Virus record (IMG/VR): IMGVR_UViG_3300038379_000430
Span: 1 to 44,521 of that record
DNA from: a virus
Taxonomy: Duplodnaviria > Caudoviricetes
Length of the DNA stretch: 44,521 bases
Reading direction: 5' to 3' (one strand)
In this document: piece after piece, positions 25,665-34,859 of the stretch
How positions within the stretch are numbered: position 1 is the first letter of the stretch
Layout: each line of letters starts with the position of its first letter
Position numbers and translations under genes: made by a program
Notes under the pieces: generated by a model
The model's database searches: none
What the model saw: the letters and a program-made list of their open reading frames with translations, nothing else
Told to the model about the DNA's origin: nothing

Positions 25665-25907
25665 TTGAAGAAACAGCACGAGAAGGTCGCGCGCGCCGGC
25701 ATCCAGCGAGATCCGGAGCGCATCTACTACCTGGACCACAGAGGCCATGTGGTCAGCAAGCCGATGGCGCGGCGCGGCCGCGGTGTGAACGGCAGCACTG
25801 GCCGCGCGCGCATGGAAGCGGAGACCGCGATCACGCGGGAAACCGGCTGGCTCTACTTCGTGGACCGACAAGGGGATGTGTCACGGGTACCGATGGTGCG
25901 TCGCTGA
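25665..25907 (+). CDS. Small basic CC1-like chromatin/nucleoid protein with two repeats
   Basis: EKVARAGIQRDPERIYYLDHRGHVVSKPM and AITRETGWLYFVDRQGDVSRVPM; RBS AGGGAG, TTG start. Confidence 0.65.
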   Translation: MKKQHEKVARAGIQRDPERIYYLDHRGHVVSKPMARRGRGVNGSTGRARMEAETAITRETGWLYFVDRQGDVSRVPMVRR

Positions 25908-25954
25908 GCGACTCGGAGCTGCGCGCATACCTCGAGAACCGCTAGCCTGAGCCA

Positions 25955-27541
25955 GTGCCCAAGCGCAAGGAAACGCCGGAGCTCGAGGAGGACCTCGAGC
26001 GCACGCGGTCTGTTCCCGGCTTCGCCCCGCTCGTCCAGGCCGACGAGGAGCCGGAGCCGGGAGCGGACGAGCATACGATCACGTTCGTCGCCAACCCGAC
26101 GCAGCGCGCCTTCATCACGAGCCGCGCCGAAGCCGACCTGTTCGCCTCGCGCATGGGGGAGGGCAAGAGCGCGGCGCTCTGCTGGGCCGCCTTCCATCAC
26201 GTTCAGGAGAACCCGCGCGCGATCCAGGCGTTCATCCGCGACACCTGGGAGAATCTGCGCGACACCACGCAACGCGAGTTCTTCACCTGGTTCCCGCCCG
26301 GCGTCTGCGGCGAATATATCAGCTCGCGCAAGACGTTCCGCTGGAGGGTCGGAGAGGCGCGCGGCGAGGTGATGTTCCTCGGCATGGACGATCCGAAGGA
26401 CGCGGCCAAGCTCCAGTCCAGGCCGCTCGCCTTCTTCGCGATCGACGAGCCGGCGCCTGCCGCCGAGTCTGGCGGCGTGTCCGAGATGATCTTCGACACC
26501 GCGATGACGCGCCTCCGGCAGAAGGGCATCGCCTGGTACGGCGCGAAGCTCGCCACCAACAACCCGGACGAGACGCACTGGACCTATCGCAAGTTCGTGG
26601 ACCCCGGCACGCCCGGCTACCGCTGCTGGCAGACGCGCGACCCGGAGAACAGCAAGAACCTGCCGCCCGGCTACTACGATCGCCTGCGCAAGACCCTTGC
26701 GCATCGACCGGACCTGATCGCGCGGTTCGCCGATGGCAAGTTCGGGTTCCAGCGGAAGGGTGTCGCCGTCACGCCGCAATGGTCCGATGCCGTCCACCTG
26801 GCCGACGCCATCGAGGTGATCCGTGGGCGGCCGCTCGAGCTCTGGTGGGACTTCGGGCTAACGCCTTGCTGCATCGTCACCCAGGATGCCCCGACGGGGC
26901 ACCTGAACGTGCTCGATTCGTTCTACGATGAGGAGCAGTCGCTCGGTGCCTTCGACCTGATCCAGCAGATCGTGAAGCCCGCCCTCGCGAGCGAACGGTA
27001 CGATCGCTGTTCCTGGTCGCATGTCGGGGACCCGGCTGGCACGAAGCGCAGTGAGGTGCGCGTGGACCAGACGCCGGTGGGCGTGATCCAGCGCGAGCTC
27101 GGCGGGCGCTGGCGCAGCGGGCCGGTCAAGCTCGAGGAGCGAGTCAACCCGCTGCGCTGGGCGCTCGCCCAGATGCGAGGCGGCGTCGGCATGGTGCGGG
27201 TCGATCGCCAGCGCGCACGCGGCGTCTACCACGCCCTCCGCGGAGGCTGGCACTTCCACATGTCGCGCGGCGGCGTGGTCTCGACCGAGCCGGTCAAGAA
27301 CCACCCCGACTCGGACCTCGGCGACGCGATGGGCTACGGCTGCGCGCTCAAGTTCCCGAAAGGGGCGCTCCGCAAGAAAGAGCGCAAGACGGTGGCTCCG
27401 CATGCGCCGGCGTACTTCGCGAAGCGCAGCCGGATCGGCGGGCTCGGATTCGAGCGTCCTGGCGTGCAGCCGCCTGTCCCGGGCCTCGAGCAGAGCGTGC
27501 GAGCGGACCCGTTCGGCCGCCTCGGGGAACAGCGGCGCTAG
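25955..27541 (+). CDS. terL: Terminase large subunit
   Basis: PTQRAF, SRMGEGKS, FFAIDE, ATNNP, NLPPGYY, WWDFGLTP, GDPAG, SDLGDAMGY. Confidence 0.93.
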   Translation: MPKRKETPELEEDLERTRSVPGFAPLVQADEEPEPGADEHTITFVANPTQRAFITSRAEADLFASRMGEGKSAALCWAAFHHVQENPRAIQAFIRDTWENLRDTTQREFFTWFPPGVCGEYISSRKTFRWRVGEARGEVMFLGMDDPKDAAKLQSRPLAFFAIDEPAPAAESGGVSEMIFDTAMTRLRQKGIAWYGAKLATNNPDETHWTYRKFVDPGTPGYRCWQTRDPENSKNLPPGYYDRLRKTLAHRPDLIARFADGKFGFQRKGVAVTPQWSDAVHLADAIEVIRGRPLELWWDFGLTPCCIVTQDAPTGHLNVLDSFYDEEQSLGAFDLIQQIVKPALASERYDRCSWSHVGDPAGTKRSEVRVDQTPVGVIQRELGGRWRSGPVKLEERVNPLRWALAQMRGGVGMVRVDRQRARGVYHALRGGWHFHMSRGGVVSTEPVKNHPDSDLGDAMGYGCALKFPKGALRKKERKTVAPHAPAYFAKRSRIGGLGFERPGVQPPVPGLEQSVRADPFGRLGEQRR

Positions 27542-27568
27542 GAATGCCCCAAGAATCGGCTAACTATC

Positions 27569-29662
27569 GTGCCTGTGGCGACCAATCGGCCCGAATCTGC
27601 CGAGCCCTCTCTCCCGACTCCCTTCGCGCCGCCGACACCGGCCGAGCCGCCGACGTCGCCGGTCATTGGCGACCGCTCCGGCGGCTCGCGTCAGCCGCCG
27701 ATCTTCATCGGCGGTCCGCTGGGGGAAGGCGCCGAGGGGCGGATGGATCTCGGCATCCCGGATCCCGATCAGACGCCGGCGCGACTCGCGCGACAACCCG
27801 ACCTGTCGGCTCGCATCGACGAGGTGCGCGAGTGGGTGCTCGAGGCGTTCCACGAAGCCAAGACGGCGCGTGAGACCGGACCGAATCCGCGCAAGCTCCA
27901 GTGGCAACGCAACTACGACGCCTATTGGGGCCGCGAGCAGACCACCGGCAAGCAGGCGTGGCAGGCCGACATCACGCTTTCGACCGTGGCCGACTACGTC
28001 GAGCGCTGGGTCGCGGCGATGCGAGACGCGCTCGGTGCGACTCCGGACTGGTACTCGTTCCTCGATCCGCTCCAGAAGAACAGCGACCTCGAGAGCCTCG
28101 CCAAGCGCGTGATGGACGCGGCGCTCGCCCACTGCGGCACCAACCAGAGCGGGCAGCACATCCCGTTCCCGTCGGTGTTCGCGAGCGTGCTGAAGTCCGG
28201 AGCGATCACGAAGCCGGCGCTCGCGGTCACCTGGCGCGAAGGACGTCTGCGCATCGAGAACGTGGATGCGCGCGAGCTCTTTCACGATCCGACCGGCAAT
28301 GGGCTCTACCGCGTGCGCGAGCGGCCCGTCGATCTGCACCGCCTCCAGAAGCTCAAGGCGCTCACGCGAACCGACGGCACGCCCGTCTACAACCCGGCTG
28401 CGATCGACCAGTGTATCGGCGGTCTCGGCGCGGACGCCGAGCACACGGTCGAGAAAGAGCGTGCCGCGGGGCACGGAGCCCAGGCCACCGGCCGCAGGCG
28501 GCAGGTGATGGTGCAGGAGTTCCTCGGCACCTTGCTCGCGCGGGACGGCAGCGTGATCGCCGAGAATCAACTGGTTGTTCTGGTGAACGAGACGCACGTG
28601 ATCCGTGGCCCCGAGCCGAGCCCATTCTGGCACGGCAAGGACTGGATCGTGTCGGCTCCGCTTCTGGAGGTGCCGTTCAGCGTCGATGGTCGCAGCTACG
28701 TCGAGTCCTTCGCGGCGCTGTCCGCGTTGTTCACCGAGTTCACGAACCTGCTTCTGGATGGGATCCGCATGGAGGCGATCCCCGCCTATCGCGGTTGGCC
28801 CGAGGCGCTCCAGGACTCGCAGCAGCTCATGGATGGCGTGACCCCCGGAAAGATGTTCCTCGCCGACGAGGACATCGACCCCAACGCTCCGGTGATCGAA
28901 AAGCTCGACATGGGCAGCTTGCCGTCACAAGCCTTCCAGCTCTGGGAAGCGATCATGCAGCTGCTTCGCGAAGCCGCGGGACAGAACGAGCTGCGCCTCG
29001 GTCGGCTCGCCGACAAGAGCGGCGTCACAGCGACGGAAATCGACAAGGCCGACGCCGGCAGCAACGTCTTGGTGAAGCACATCGCCGAGGGGGTCGAGCA
29101 GAACCTGCTGTCGCCCGCCCTCGAGCTGTCCTGGTATACCTTCCTTCAGCACTTCGACGAATCGAGCGACGCGGAGTTGCTGCATGAGCTCGGACCCGAC
29201 CTGGTCCGGATGCTCGTCGTGCGCCGCGAAGAGCTGCGGAGCCAGTCGATGCGGCTGCGCGCGACCGGGATCTCGGGGCTTCTTGCGCTCGCACAAGATG
29301 CGCGGCGCCTGCTGGCGATGCTCGACACGATCGGCCGCAGTGATCTGCTGACGCAGCAGTTCCTCCAGGACTACTCGCTCGGACGGACGATCGCGACTCT
29401 GCTACGCGCGATGCGGATCGACGCGATGGACCTGCGCAAGACGCCGCAAGAGCTCGCCGCCATGCAAGGCGCGCCAGGTATAGGTCTGCCTGGCCCTGGT
29501 GCGACGCCGCCCGATGGGAACCCGCAGCTGCCGGTGAACCTCGCGCGTGCAAGCGCGCTGCGAACCACTCGCGGCCAGGCGCCGGGTAGCGGGATGCCGC
29601 CCGGAGGCGGCGGCCGCAGTGGCGGCGGTCCGCTGAGCGGCGGCTCTGGAGGCCAGGGATGA
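27569..29662 (+). CDS. Portal protein
   Basis: Follows TerL; 697 aa; TATEI motif; Pro/Gly-rich C-terminal tail. Confidence 0.88.
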   Translation: MPVATNRPESAEPSLPTPFAPPTPAEPPTSPVIGDRSGGSRQPPIFIGGPLGEGAEGRMDLGIPDPDQTPARLARQPDLSARIDEVREWVLEAFHEAKTARETGPNPRKLQWQRNYDAYWGREQTTGKQAWQADITLSTVADYVERWVAAMRDALGATPDWYSFLDPLQKNSDLESLAKRVMDAALAHCGTNQSGQHIPFPSVFASVLKSGAITKPALAVTWREGRLRIENVDARELFHDPTGNGLYRVRERPVDLHRLQKLKALTRTDGTPVYNPAAIDQCIGGLGADAEHTVEKERAAGHGAQATGRRRQVMVQEFLGTLLARDGSVIAENQLVVLVNETHVIRGPEPSPFWHGKDWIVSAPLLEVPFSVDGRSYVESFAALSALFTEFTNLLLDGIRMEAIPAYRGWPEALQDSQQLMDGVTPGKMFLADEDIDPNAPVIEKLDMGSLPSQAFQLWEAIMQLLREAAGQNELRLGRLADKSGVTATEIDKADAGSNVLVKHIAEGVEQNLLSPALELSWYTFLQHFDESSDAELLHELGPDLVRMLVVRREELRSQSMRLRATGISGLLALAQDARRLLAMLDTIGRSDLLTQQFLQDYSLGRTIATLLRAMRIDAMDLRKTPQELAAMQGAPGIGLPGPGATPPDGNPQLPVNLARASALRTTRGQAPGSGMPPGGGGRSGGGPLSGGSGGQG

Positions 29663-29940
29663 GCGAATGGCCCTTCAGTGAGACAGCCGAGCAGGTCGAA
29701 CGCGCGGCCCAGGGAAGGCTCGTGGCGCAGGCTCAGCGCCTACTCGATCCCCTCCTCGACTCGTTGCGCGCAGAGGCGCTCGCGCGAGCGTTTCGACCGC
29801 TTGACCGCGGCGAGCCGCTCGACCCGCAGGTCGCCATCGGCCTGGCCTTCGAGCTCTACGCCGTCGAAAAGCTCGAGCGCCGGCTGCGGAAGCTCGCGCG
29901 GCGCAGCGAGCCGGCGCAAGATCCGGCAGCGGCCTCTTGA
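29659..29940 (+). CDS. Small helical protein between portal and scaffold
   Basis: ATGA overlap; typical podovirus position. Confidence 0.7.
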   Translation: MSEWPFSETAEQVERAAQGRLVAQAQRLLDPLLDSLRAEALARAFRPLDRGEPLDPQVAIGLAFELYAVEKLERRLRKLARRSEPAQDPAAAS

Positions 29941-29974
29941 CACCCTGCCAGCAGGCCGTGTAACCGTTTCACTG

Positions 29975-30778
29975 ATGGCCACGCAAGATCCGGCCGCAAG
30001 CGGCAGTGCAGGAACCGGTTTCGTAGGGGGGCCCTTGGCCGATCCTGCCGTGATGGGTGGCTCGCCCGTTCGCGAGCCTGCCGGCGCCGACTCCAAGTCA
30101 GCCTCCGGCTCCACCGCGCAGCCGCCGCCGCAAGATCCGCGCGTCGCGGTGCTCGAACGCGAGCTCGAGCGCCGCGACGAAATGCTGACGCAGCTGCTCA
30201 CGCGCGCGCCGGCGCAGGGTGACGATCGCCGCGCGCCGGCGCCGCCACCGAAGCCCGGTGCGCCGCCCGATGCGATCCGCGAACCCGAGAAGTTCAAGCA
30301 GTGGGCGCAGCAGGTCGTGGACTACAACGAAGCTGCCGTGCGTGGCGCAGTCGATGCCGGTCGTCAGGAGATCGCCGAGGCCCAGCGTCTCGAGCGGATG
30401 TGGACGACCTTCTCGCGCGACTTCCCGGAGCTAGCGAAGCACGAGGACTTGTGCCGCGCCGCATTCTCGAGCGAGCTCCAGTCCGCCGGTGGTGATCTGC
30501 GGGCGGTACGTGACGACGCCGCTTTCGTGCGCAAGATCGGCGAGCGATTGCTGAGCTTCCAGAATGGCGCGACCGCCGCACCGAAGGCGGGCGCTTCGGC
30601 AGGAGCCGCCACGGCCGGCGTGAGCGCCGGCTCCGATGGCGGCGCCGGAGGCGCCCGCGTCATCGATCCTGTGGCGGGCCCCGCTGCGGCCGGCCCGGCC
30701 GGCTCCAAGCCGTTCGCGACGCAGCTCGAAGAAGTCCGCGCGAAGCGCCACCCCGACCTGTTCGGCGGCGGGCTGTAG
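29975..30778 (+). CDS. Capsid scaffolding protein
   Basis: Disordered N-terminus and coiled coils; directly upstream of the major capsid gene. Confidence 0.7.
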   Translation: MATQDPAASGSAGTGFVGGPLADPAVMGGSPVREPAGADSKSASGSTAQPPPQDPRVAVLERELERRDEMLTQLLTRAPAQGDDRRAPAPPPKPGAPPDAIREPEKFKQWAQQVVDYNEAAVRGAVDAGRQEIAEAQRLERMWTTFSRDFPELAKHEDLCRAAFSSELQSAGGDLRAVRDDAAFVRKIGERLLSFQNGATAAPKAGASAGAATAGVSAGSDGGAGGARVIDPVAGPAAAGPAGSKPFATQLEEVRAKRHPDLFGGGL

Positions 30779-30794
30779 CGCAAAGGAGCCACTC

Positions 30795-31718
30795 ATGGCC
30801 TGGGTCTGGGACTCTCCGACGGGGACCTACCGCAACCACGCGCTCAGCGAAAAGATCCGCGAGGCCGCGGCCGCCGAGGCGCTGTTCAGCCAGTTCGTCT
30901 CACCGGAGCCCGGCTACGGCAAGATGAAGGGCGAGGCCGTCACGATCACGCGGTTCCACCAGCTGCCGCTCGCGAGCCGCGTGTCCGAGACGGAGCGGCT
31001 GCCCGAAGGTCGCCCGGCGATCAGCACCAAGTCCGTGACGGTCAGCGAGTGGGGCTACAAGTCGCCCATGACCGAGCTCGAGGAGCTCCTGACCCACTTC
31101 GATCTGCGGTCGAAGATCCAGCGGATGCTCAAGACGCAGATGAAGCTGACGATGGACAAGATGGTGGCCGACGCTCTCAAGACGACGCTGATCAAGGTCG
31201 TCAACGTGGGCGGCGTCATCACGATCACCACGAACGGCACGCCGGCCGCGCAGACCACCACGAACCTCACGATCGCGGCGCTCCGCACGATGCGCGACTA
31301 CCTGGCCGGGACTCTGAAGAGCCCGCCTTTCCGGAACGGCAACTACGTGGGCGTGCTCTCGACCAAGGCCGCGCGCGGGATCAAGAACGACTCCGAGTAC
31401 AAGGACTGGCTCTCGCCGACGACGAGCGATCCCTTCACCAGCGGTCGCATGCGGGACGTCGAGGGCATCACGCTGTTCGAGACCAACCACTACAACGCGC
31501 TGGCCAATGCGATCGGCGCCGCCGGCGTCGCCGGGGAGGCGCTCTTCTTCGGCGAGGACGCCGGCTTCCTGGCGACCGTCCTCGATCCCGAGCTGCGCAT
31601 CGGTCTCAGCGAGGACCTCGGCCGGTTCCGCGAGATCGGCTGGTACGGCGTGCTCGAGGCCGGCCTCACCTGGGACACGGCGAGCGAGGCGCGGGTGATG
31701 CACTACACGAGCACCTGA
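30795..31718 (+). CDS. Major capsid protein (HK97 fold, N4-gp56-like)
   Basis: RBS AAAGGAG; GEAVTI, VTVSEWG, GRMRDVEGITLFETN, DLGRFREIGWY. Confidence 0.88.
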   Translation: MAWVWDSPTGTYRNHALSEKIREAAAAEALFSQFVSPEPGYGKMKGEAVTITRFHQLPLASRVSETERLPEGRPAISTKSVTVSEWGYKSPMTELEELLTHFDLRSKIQRMLKTQMKLTMDKMVADALKTTLIKVVNVGGVITITTNGTPAAQTTTNLTIAALRTMRDYLAGTLKSPPFRNGNYVGVLSTKAARGIKNDSEYKDWLSPTTSDPFTSGRMRDVEGITLFETNHYNALANAIGAAGVAGEALFFGEDAGFLATVLDPELRIGLSEDLGRFREIGWYGVLEAGLTWDTASEARVMHYTST

Positions 31719-31748
31719 TCCACGCGCGTAAGCGTGCGAGGAGAGACC

Positions 31749-32171
31749 ATGCCTTCACACGGAGACTTCAACGTCGCTTGGGGCGCGACCACCACCTTCA
31801 CGGCGGCGAACAAGATGACGATGCTCAGCGAGTCCGACATCGAGATCGTCGAATGGGGCTTCCTCATCACGACGGCCGGTGCCTGGAACGGCACCGCCTG
31901 CCTCGCGACGCTGGAGGTCGCGGATGCCGACGGTGGCAACCCGGTGCTGCACTCGGAGTCGTTCTTCCACAACGCGGCGTCGGTGCCGGTCGGCTCGCGG
32001 CTCTACGTGCGCCCCGCGACGCCCATCCAGGTCGGACCCGGCAAGCGGGTGGACATCGACTGCTCGCAGGTCGGCGCCGCCACGGCCGGCGCGGGTGCGC
32101 CGTTCATCGTCTACCGGCGCAAGAGCTTCCACGCCGATCGGCAGACCGGCGACACGAACGTGACGATCTAG
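31749..32171 (+). CDS. Putative capsid decoration protein
   Basis: RBS GAGGAG; beta-rich; directly after the capsid gene. Confidence 0.55.
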   Translation: MPSHGDFNVAWGATTTFTAANKMTMLSESDIEIVEWGFLITTAGAWNGTACLATLEVADADGGNPVLHSESFFHNAASVPVGSRLYVRPATPIQVGPGKRVDIDCSQVGAATAGAGAPFIVYRRKSFHADRQTGDTNVTI

Positions 32172-32183
32172 GAGCTGCTCTAG

Positions 32184-32699
32184 ATGGCCGTGACCAGCCC
32201 CGATCCGCGCACCGGCAAGTACGCCCCGGTCGATCTGAACCGCGGCGTTCGCCAATGCCAGCATCCGAGCGGCTTCTTCGTGTCCATGTACGAGGACGAT
32301 CCCGGGCTCTACTTCTCCGAGGACGGATCTCCGGTGGACGATGCGGTCGCCGCCGACGCGGGCTTCGACGTCCAGCGTTTCCGCGTGCTCCGCGAGCGCA
32401 ACCGCCGCGTTGCGGAGGCCAAAGAGAAGATCGAGCGAGAAATGCAGGGGGAGCTCGAGCGAATCGATGGTGAGTTCGAAGCTGGCGCTCCTCCGCATGT
32501 CGAGCATCCCGACGCCGGATCCGAACCGGACGCGGCCGGTGACGCAGAGGAGTCGGAGTCGCCGGGTGGCTGGAAGATGAAGAAGTACGGGCGCGGCGCC
32601 GGTGCGCGCTACGACGTGATCGACGCCGAGGGCCGCGTCGTCGAGACTGGACTCACGAAGGAACAGGCTGAGGCGCTGCTCGCCGGCGTCGGCGTCTAG
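32184..32699 (+). CDS. Hypothetical virion-module protein
   Basis: RBS AGGAG; C-terminal GARYDVIDAEG..LTKEQAEA module. Confidence 0.65.
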   Translation: MAVTSPDPRTGKYAPVDLNRGVRQCQHPSGFFVSMYEDDPGLYFSEDGSPVDDAVAADAGFDVQRFRVLRERNRRVAEAKEKIEREMQGELERIDGEFEAGAPPHVEHPDAGSEPDAAGDAEESESPGGWKMKKYGRGAGARYDVIDAEGRVVETGLTKEQAEALLAGVGV

Positions 32700-32722
32700 G
32701 AGCGGCGCCTCGGGAGGGCCCG

Positions 32723-33439
32723 ATGCCCACGCTCCAGGAGCTCGAGGCCGACGTTCGCGCGACGACCGAGGATCTGGCCACAGAGATCGACGCGCTCGTC
32801 GCGGCTTTCATCCGGCAGGCCCAACGCGAGGCAGAGGACCGGCACACCTTCCTTGCGATGGAGGCGGTGGCGACCTTCGTCACTGTCATCGGTCAGCGCA
32901 AGCTCGCCGACAAGCCCTCCGCGTGGGTTCGCAAGCTCGACCGCGCTGCCTGGCTGCACGGCCAGTCCGGCGCGCTCGTGCCGATCGAATGGGCGGCCTC
33001 GCGCGGCCAGATGCACGCACTCTACGGGGCGAGCCCCGACGTAAACTGGTACGGCTCTCCGAAGCACCTGCTGGAGCTAGGCAGTGAGCTGTGGGTATAC
33101 CCGCTGCCCGACGACAAGAATCCGGTCGGCACGTCCTGGTCGCTCGGGACCTATCAGGTGACGGTGCTCTACGGCGCTCGACTCGCCACGCTCAGCGCAC
33201 CGACCGACACCAACTGGTTTTCAGAGAACCTGTCAGACTACCTCGTCTCTCGTGCTGCCTCGGAAGCCCTGACGCGCCAGCGCGACTTCGATGCGGCGAC
33301 CGTCGAGGGCCAGAAGGCGCGCGCGTACCTCTCCCGCGCAGTCCGTCGCGACAAGCGAGCGCGGTTCCACCAGCAATCCCACCTGACGCCGATCCCGCAG
33401 TCCATGCGCCGCGTCGGTCGAGAGCGTCCTTGGTCGTAG
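32723..33439 (+). CDS. Head-tail adaptor (tail tubular protein A-like)
   Basis: TLQELEADVR..FIRQAQRE, LWVYPLPD, DTNWFSEN..YL. Confidence 0.8.
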   Translation: MPTLQELEADVRATTEDLATEIDALVAAFIRQAQREAEDRHTFLAMEAVATFVTVIGQRKLADKPSAWVRKLDRAAWLHGQSGALVPIEWAASRGQMHALYGASPDVNWYGSPKHLLELGSELWVYPLPDDKNPVGTSWSLGTYQVTVLYGARLATLSAPTDTNWFSENLSDYLVSRAASEALTRQRDFDAATVEGQKARAYLSRAVRRDKRARFHQQSHLTPIPQSMRRVGRERPWS

Positions 33440-33449
33440 AGGAAGTGTC

Positions 33450-34859
33450 ATGCCGATCGACCCGACTACCCCGGCTGACGATTCGCTCATCGCGTCCTTC
33501 CCGGCGAACGAGCGGGCGAATCGCCAAACCACGAAGGATCTGGTCGAGCGCGATCACAACGGGACGACCGGCCGCCATCAGATCCCGCGTGTCGCGGATG
33601 CTGCGGCTCGCGATGCGCTCTTCACGGCTCCGACCGGAGGCAACCTCTGCTATCGCCGCGACACGGACACGCTCGAGATCTACGACGATTCAGTGCCCGG
33701 ATGGGTCGCGGTCGTCGGCGGCCTGAGCCTCGCGAGCATCGACGACGCCTCGGCGGATGCGACCGCGCAGGACACCGAAGTCGATCCGGGCAGCTACACG
33801 AGTCGCAGCCTGGCCACGTCGGCTCTGATCGAGCTCCACCAGGTTCGTCGGCATCTCGCGCGCCGGGGGATCGGTGAAGGCGTGAAGCGGGCTGCGGGGA
33901 CGCTGAGCGCTGGCTACCTCGAGCTGCCGCCCCGCGGTCAGAGCCGCATTCGGAACGGTCGGTTCTACGATTGGGACGGGAACGCCGGCGGCGGCGTCGG
34001 CAACTTCCAAAAGCTCGGTGCGTCGACGACCTTCCAGACACAAGCCAGGCCGGCCGCCAACGGACCTGGGCGCGAGCTGCGCATCGTCGCGACGTCCGCC
34101 GGACAAGGCTGGCGGCACCAGGTTGCCACCGCGCTTCTCCGGGCGAACACCATCTATCAGTTGCGAGTGGTCTGCCGGGTTGTGAGCGGAGTCATCCAGC
34201 TATCGACGACCGGCGGCACCGGCGCGGTCTACGGAAACGTCGCCCGCACGATCAACAGTTCGACGGAGGCTGAGTATCTCGACCTGATCCTCACGGACGG
34301 CACGCCGAGCCAGATCCAGATCGACCTCGTCTCCAGCGGCGGTGCAGCCGAGTTCTTGACGGCTGAGGTGGACCTGCGGCCGCTCTCGCCGAATCCGCGC
34401 CCGGACAGCGAGTTCCCGCTCATCATCCCGCCGCGAGAGGGCGTCCGCGCCAACAGCTTCACGGCATCTGCCGGTGCATGGACAGTTATCACCGATCTCG
34501 ATCCGGCGGCCGGGATCGTCGTTCCGGCCGCCGGCTGGCAGATCCTGGTGCGTGCGTTCGTCTGCGGCTCGCCAGTATCCGGTGGTAACTCCTACTGTGG
34601 CGTGCGCCTGGCAGAGCAGGTGAACGGCGGGGCCTGGAGCGCGCTGAACCCGGCCGCCATGTGGTCGAACGATCCGACCCGTCCAGCGACCGTTTCGCTT
34701 CAGCGCCTGCGCTCGGCGATCGCTCTGACGCCCGGTGACATCTACAAGTATCGCGTGGAGGCGCGCCCGGAAGGCTCGGACTGGAACATCAGCCCCAACA
34801 GCGCGACCCTTGGTGGGCTCCAATCGAGCATCATCATCGAGTCGTCCTACAGTGGTTAG
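33450..34859 (+). CDS. Tail fibre/tail protein (no signal peptide)
   Basis: AARDAL..PTGGNLCYRRDTDTLEIYD module, IRNGRF CBM-like domain, C-terminal beta-sandwich. Confidence 0.7.
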   Translation: MPIDPTTPADDSLIASFPANERANRQTTKDLVERDHNGTTGRHQIPRVADAAARDALFTAPTGGNLCYRRDTDTLEIYDDSVPGWVAVVGGLSLASIDDASADATAQDTEVDPGSYTSRSLATSALIELHQVRRHLARRGIGEGVKRAAGTLSAGYLELPPRGQSRIRNGRFYDWDGNAGGGVGNFQKLGASTTFQTQARPAANGPGRELRIVATSAGQGWRHQVATALLRANTIYQLRVVCRVVSGVIQLSTTGGTGAVYGNVARTINSSTEAEYLDLILTDGTPSQIQIDLVSSGGAAEFLTAEVDLRPLSPNPRPDSEFPLIIPPREGVRANSFTASAGAWTVITDLDPAAGIVVPAAGWQILVRAFVCGSPVSGGNSYCGVRLAEQVNGGAWSALNPAAMWSNDPTRPATVSLQRLRSAIALTPGDIYKYRVEARPEGSDWNISPNSATLGGLQSSIIIESSYSG

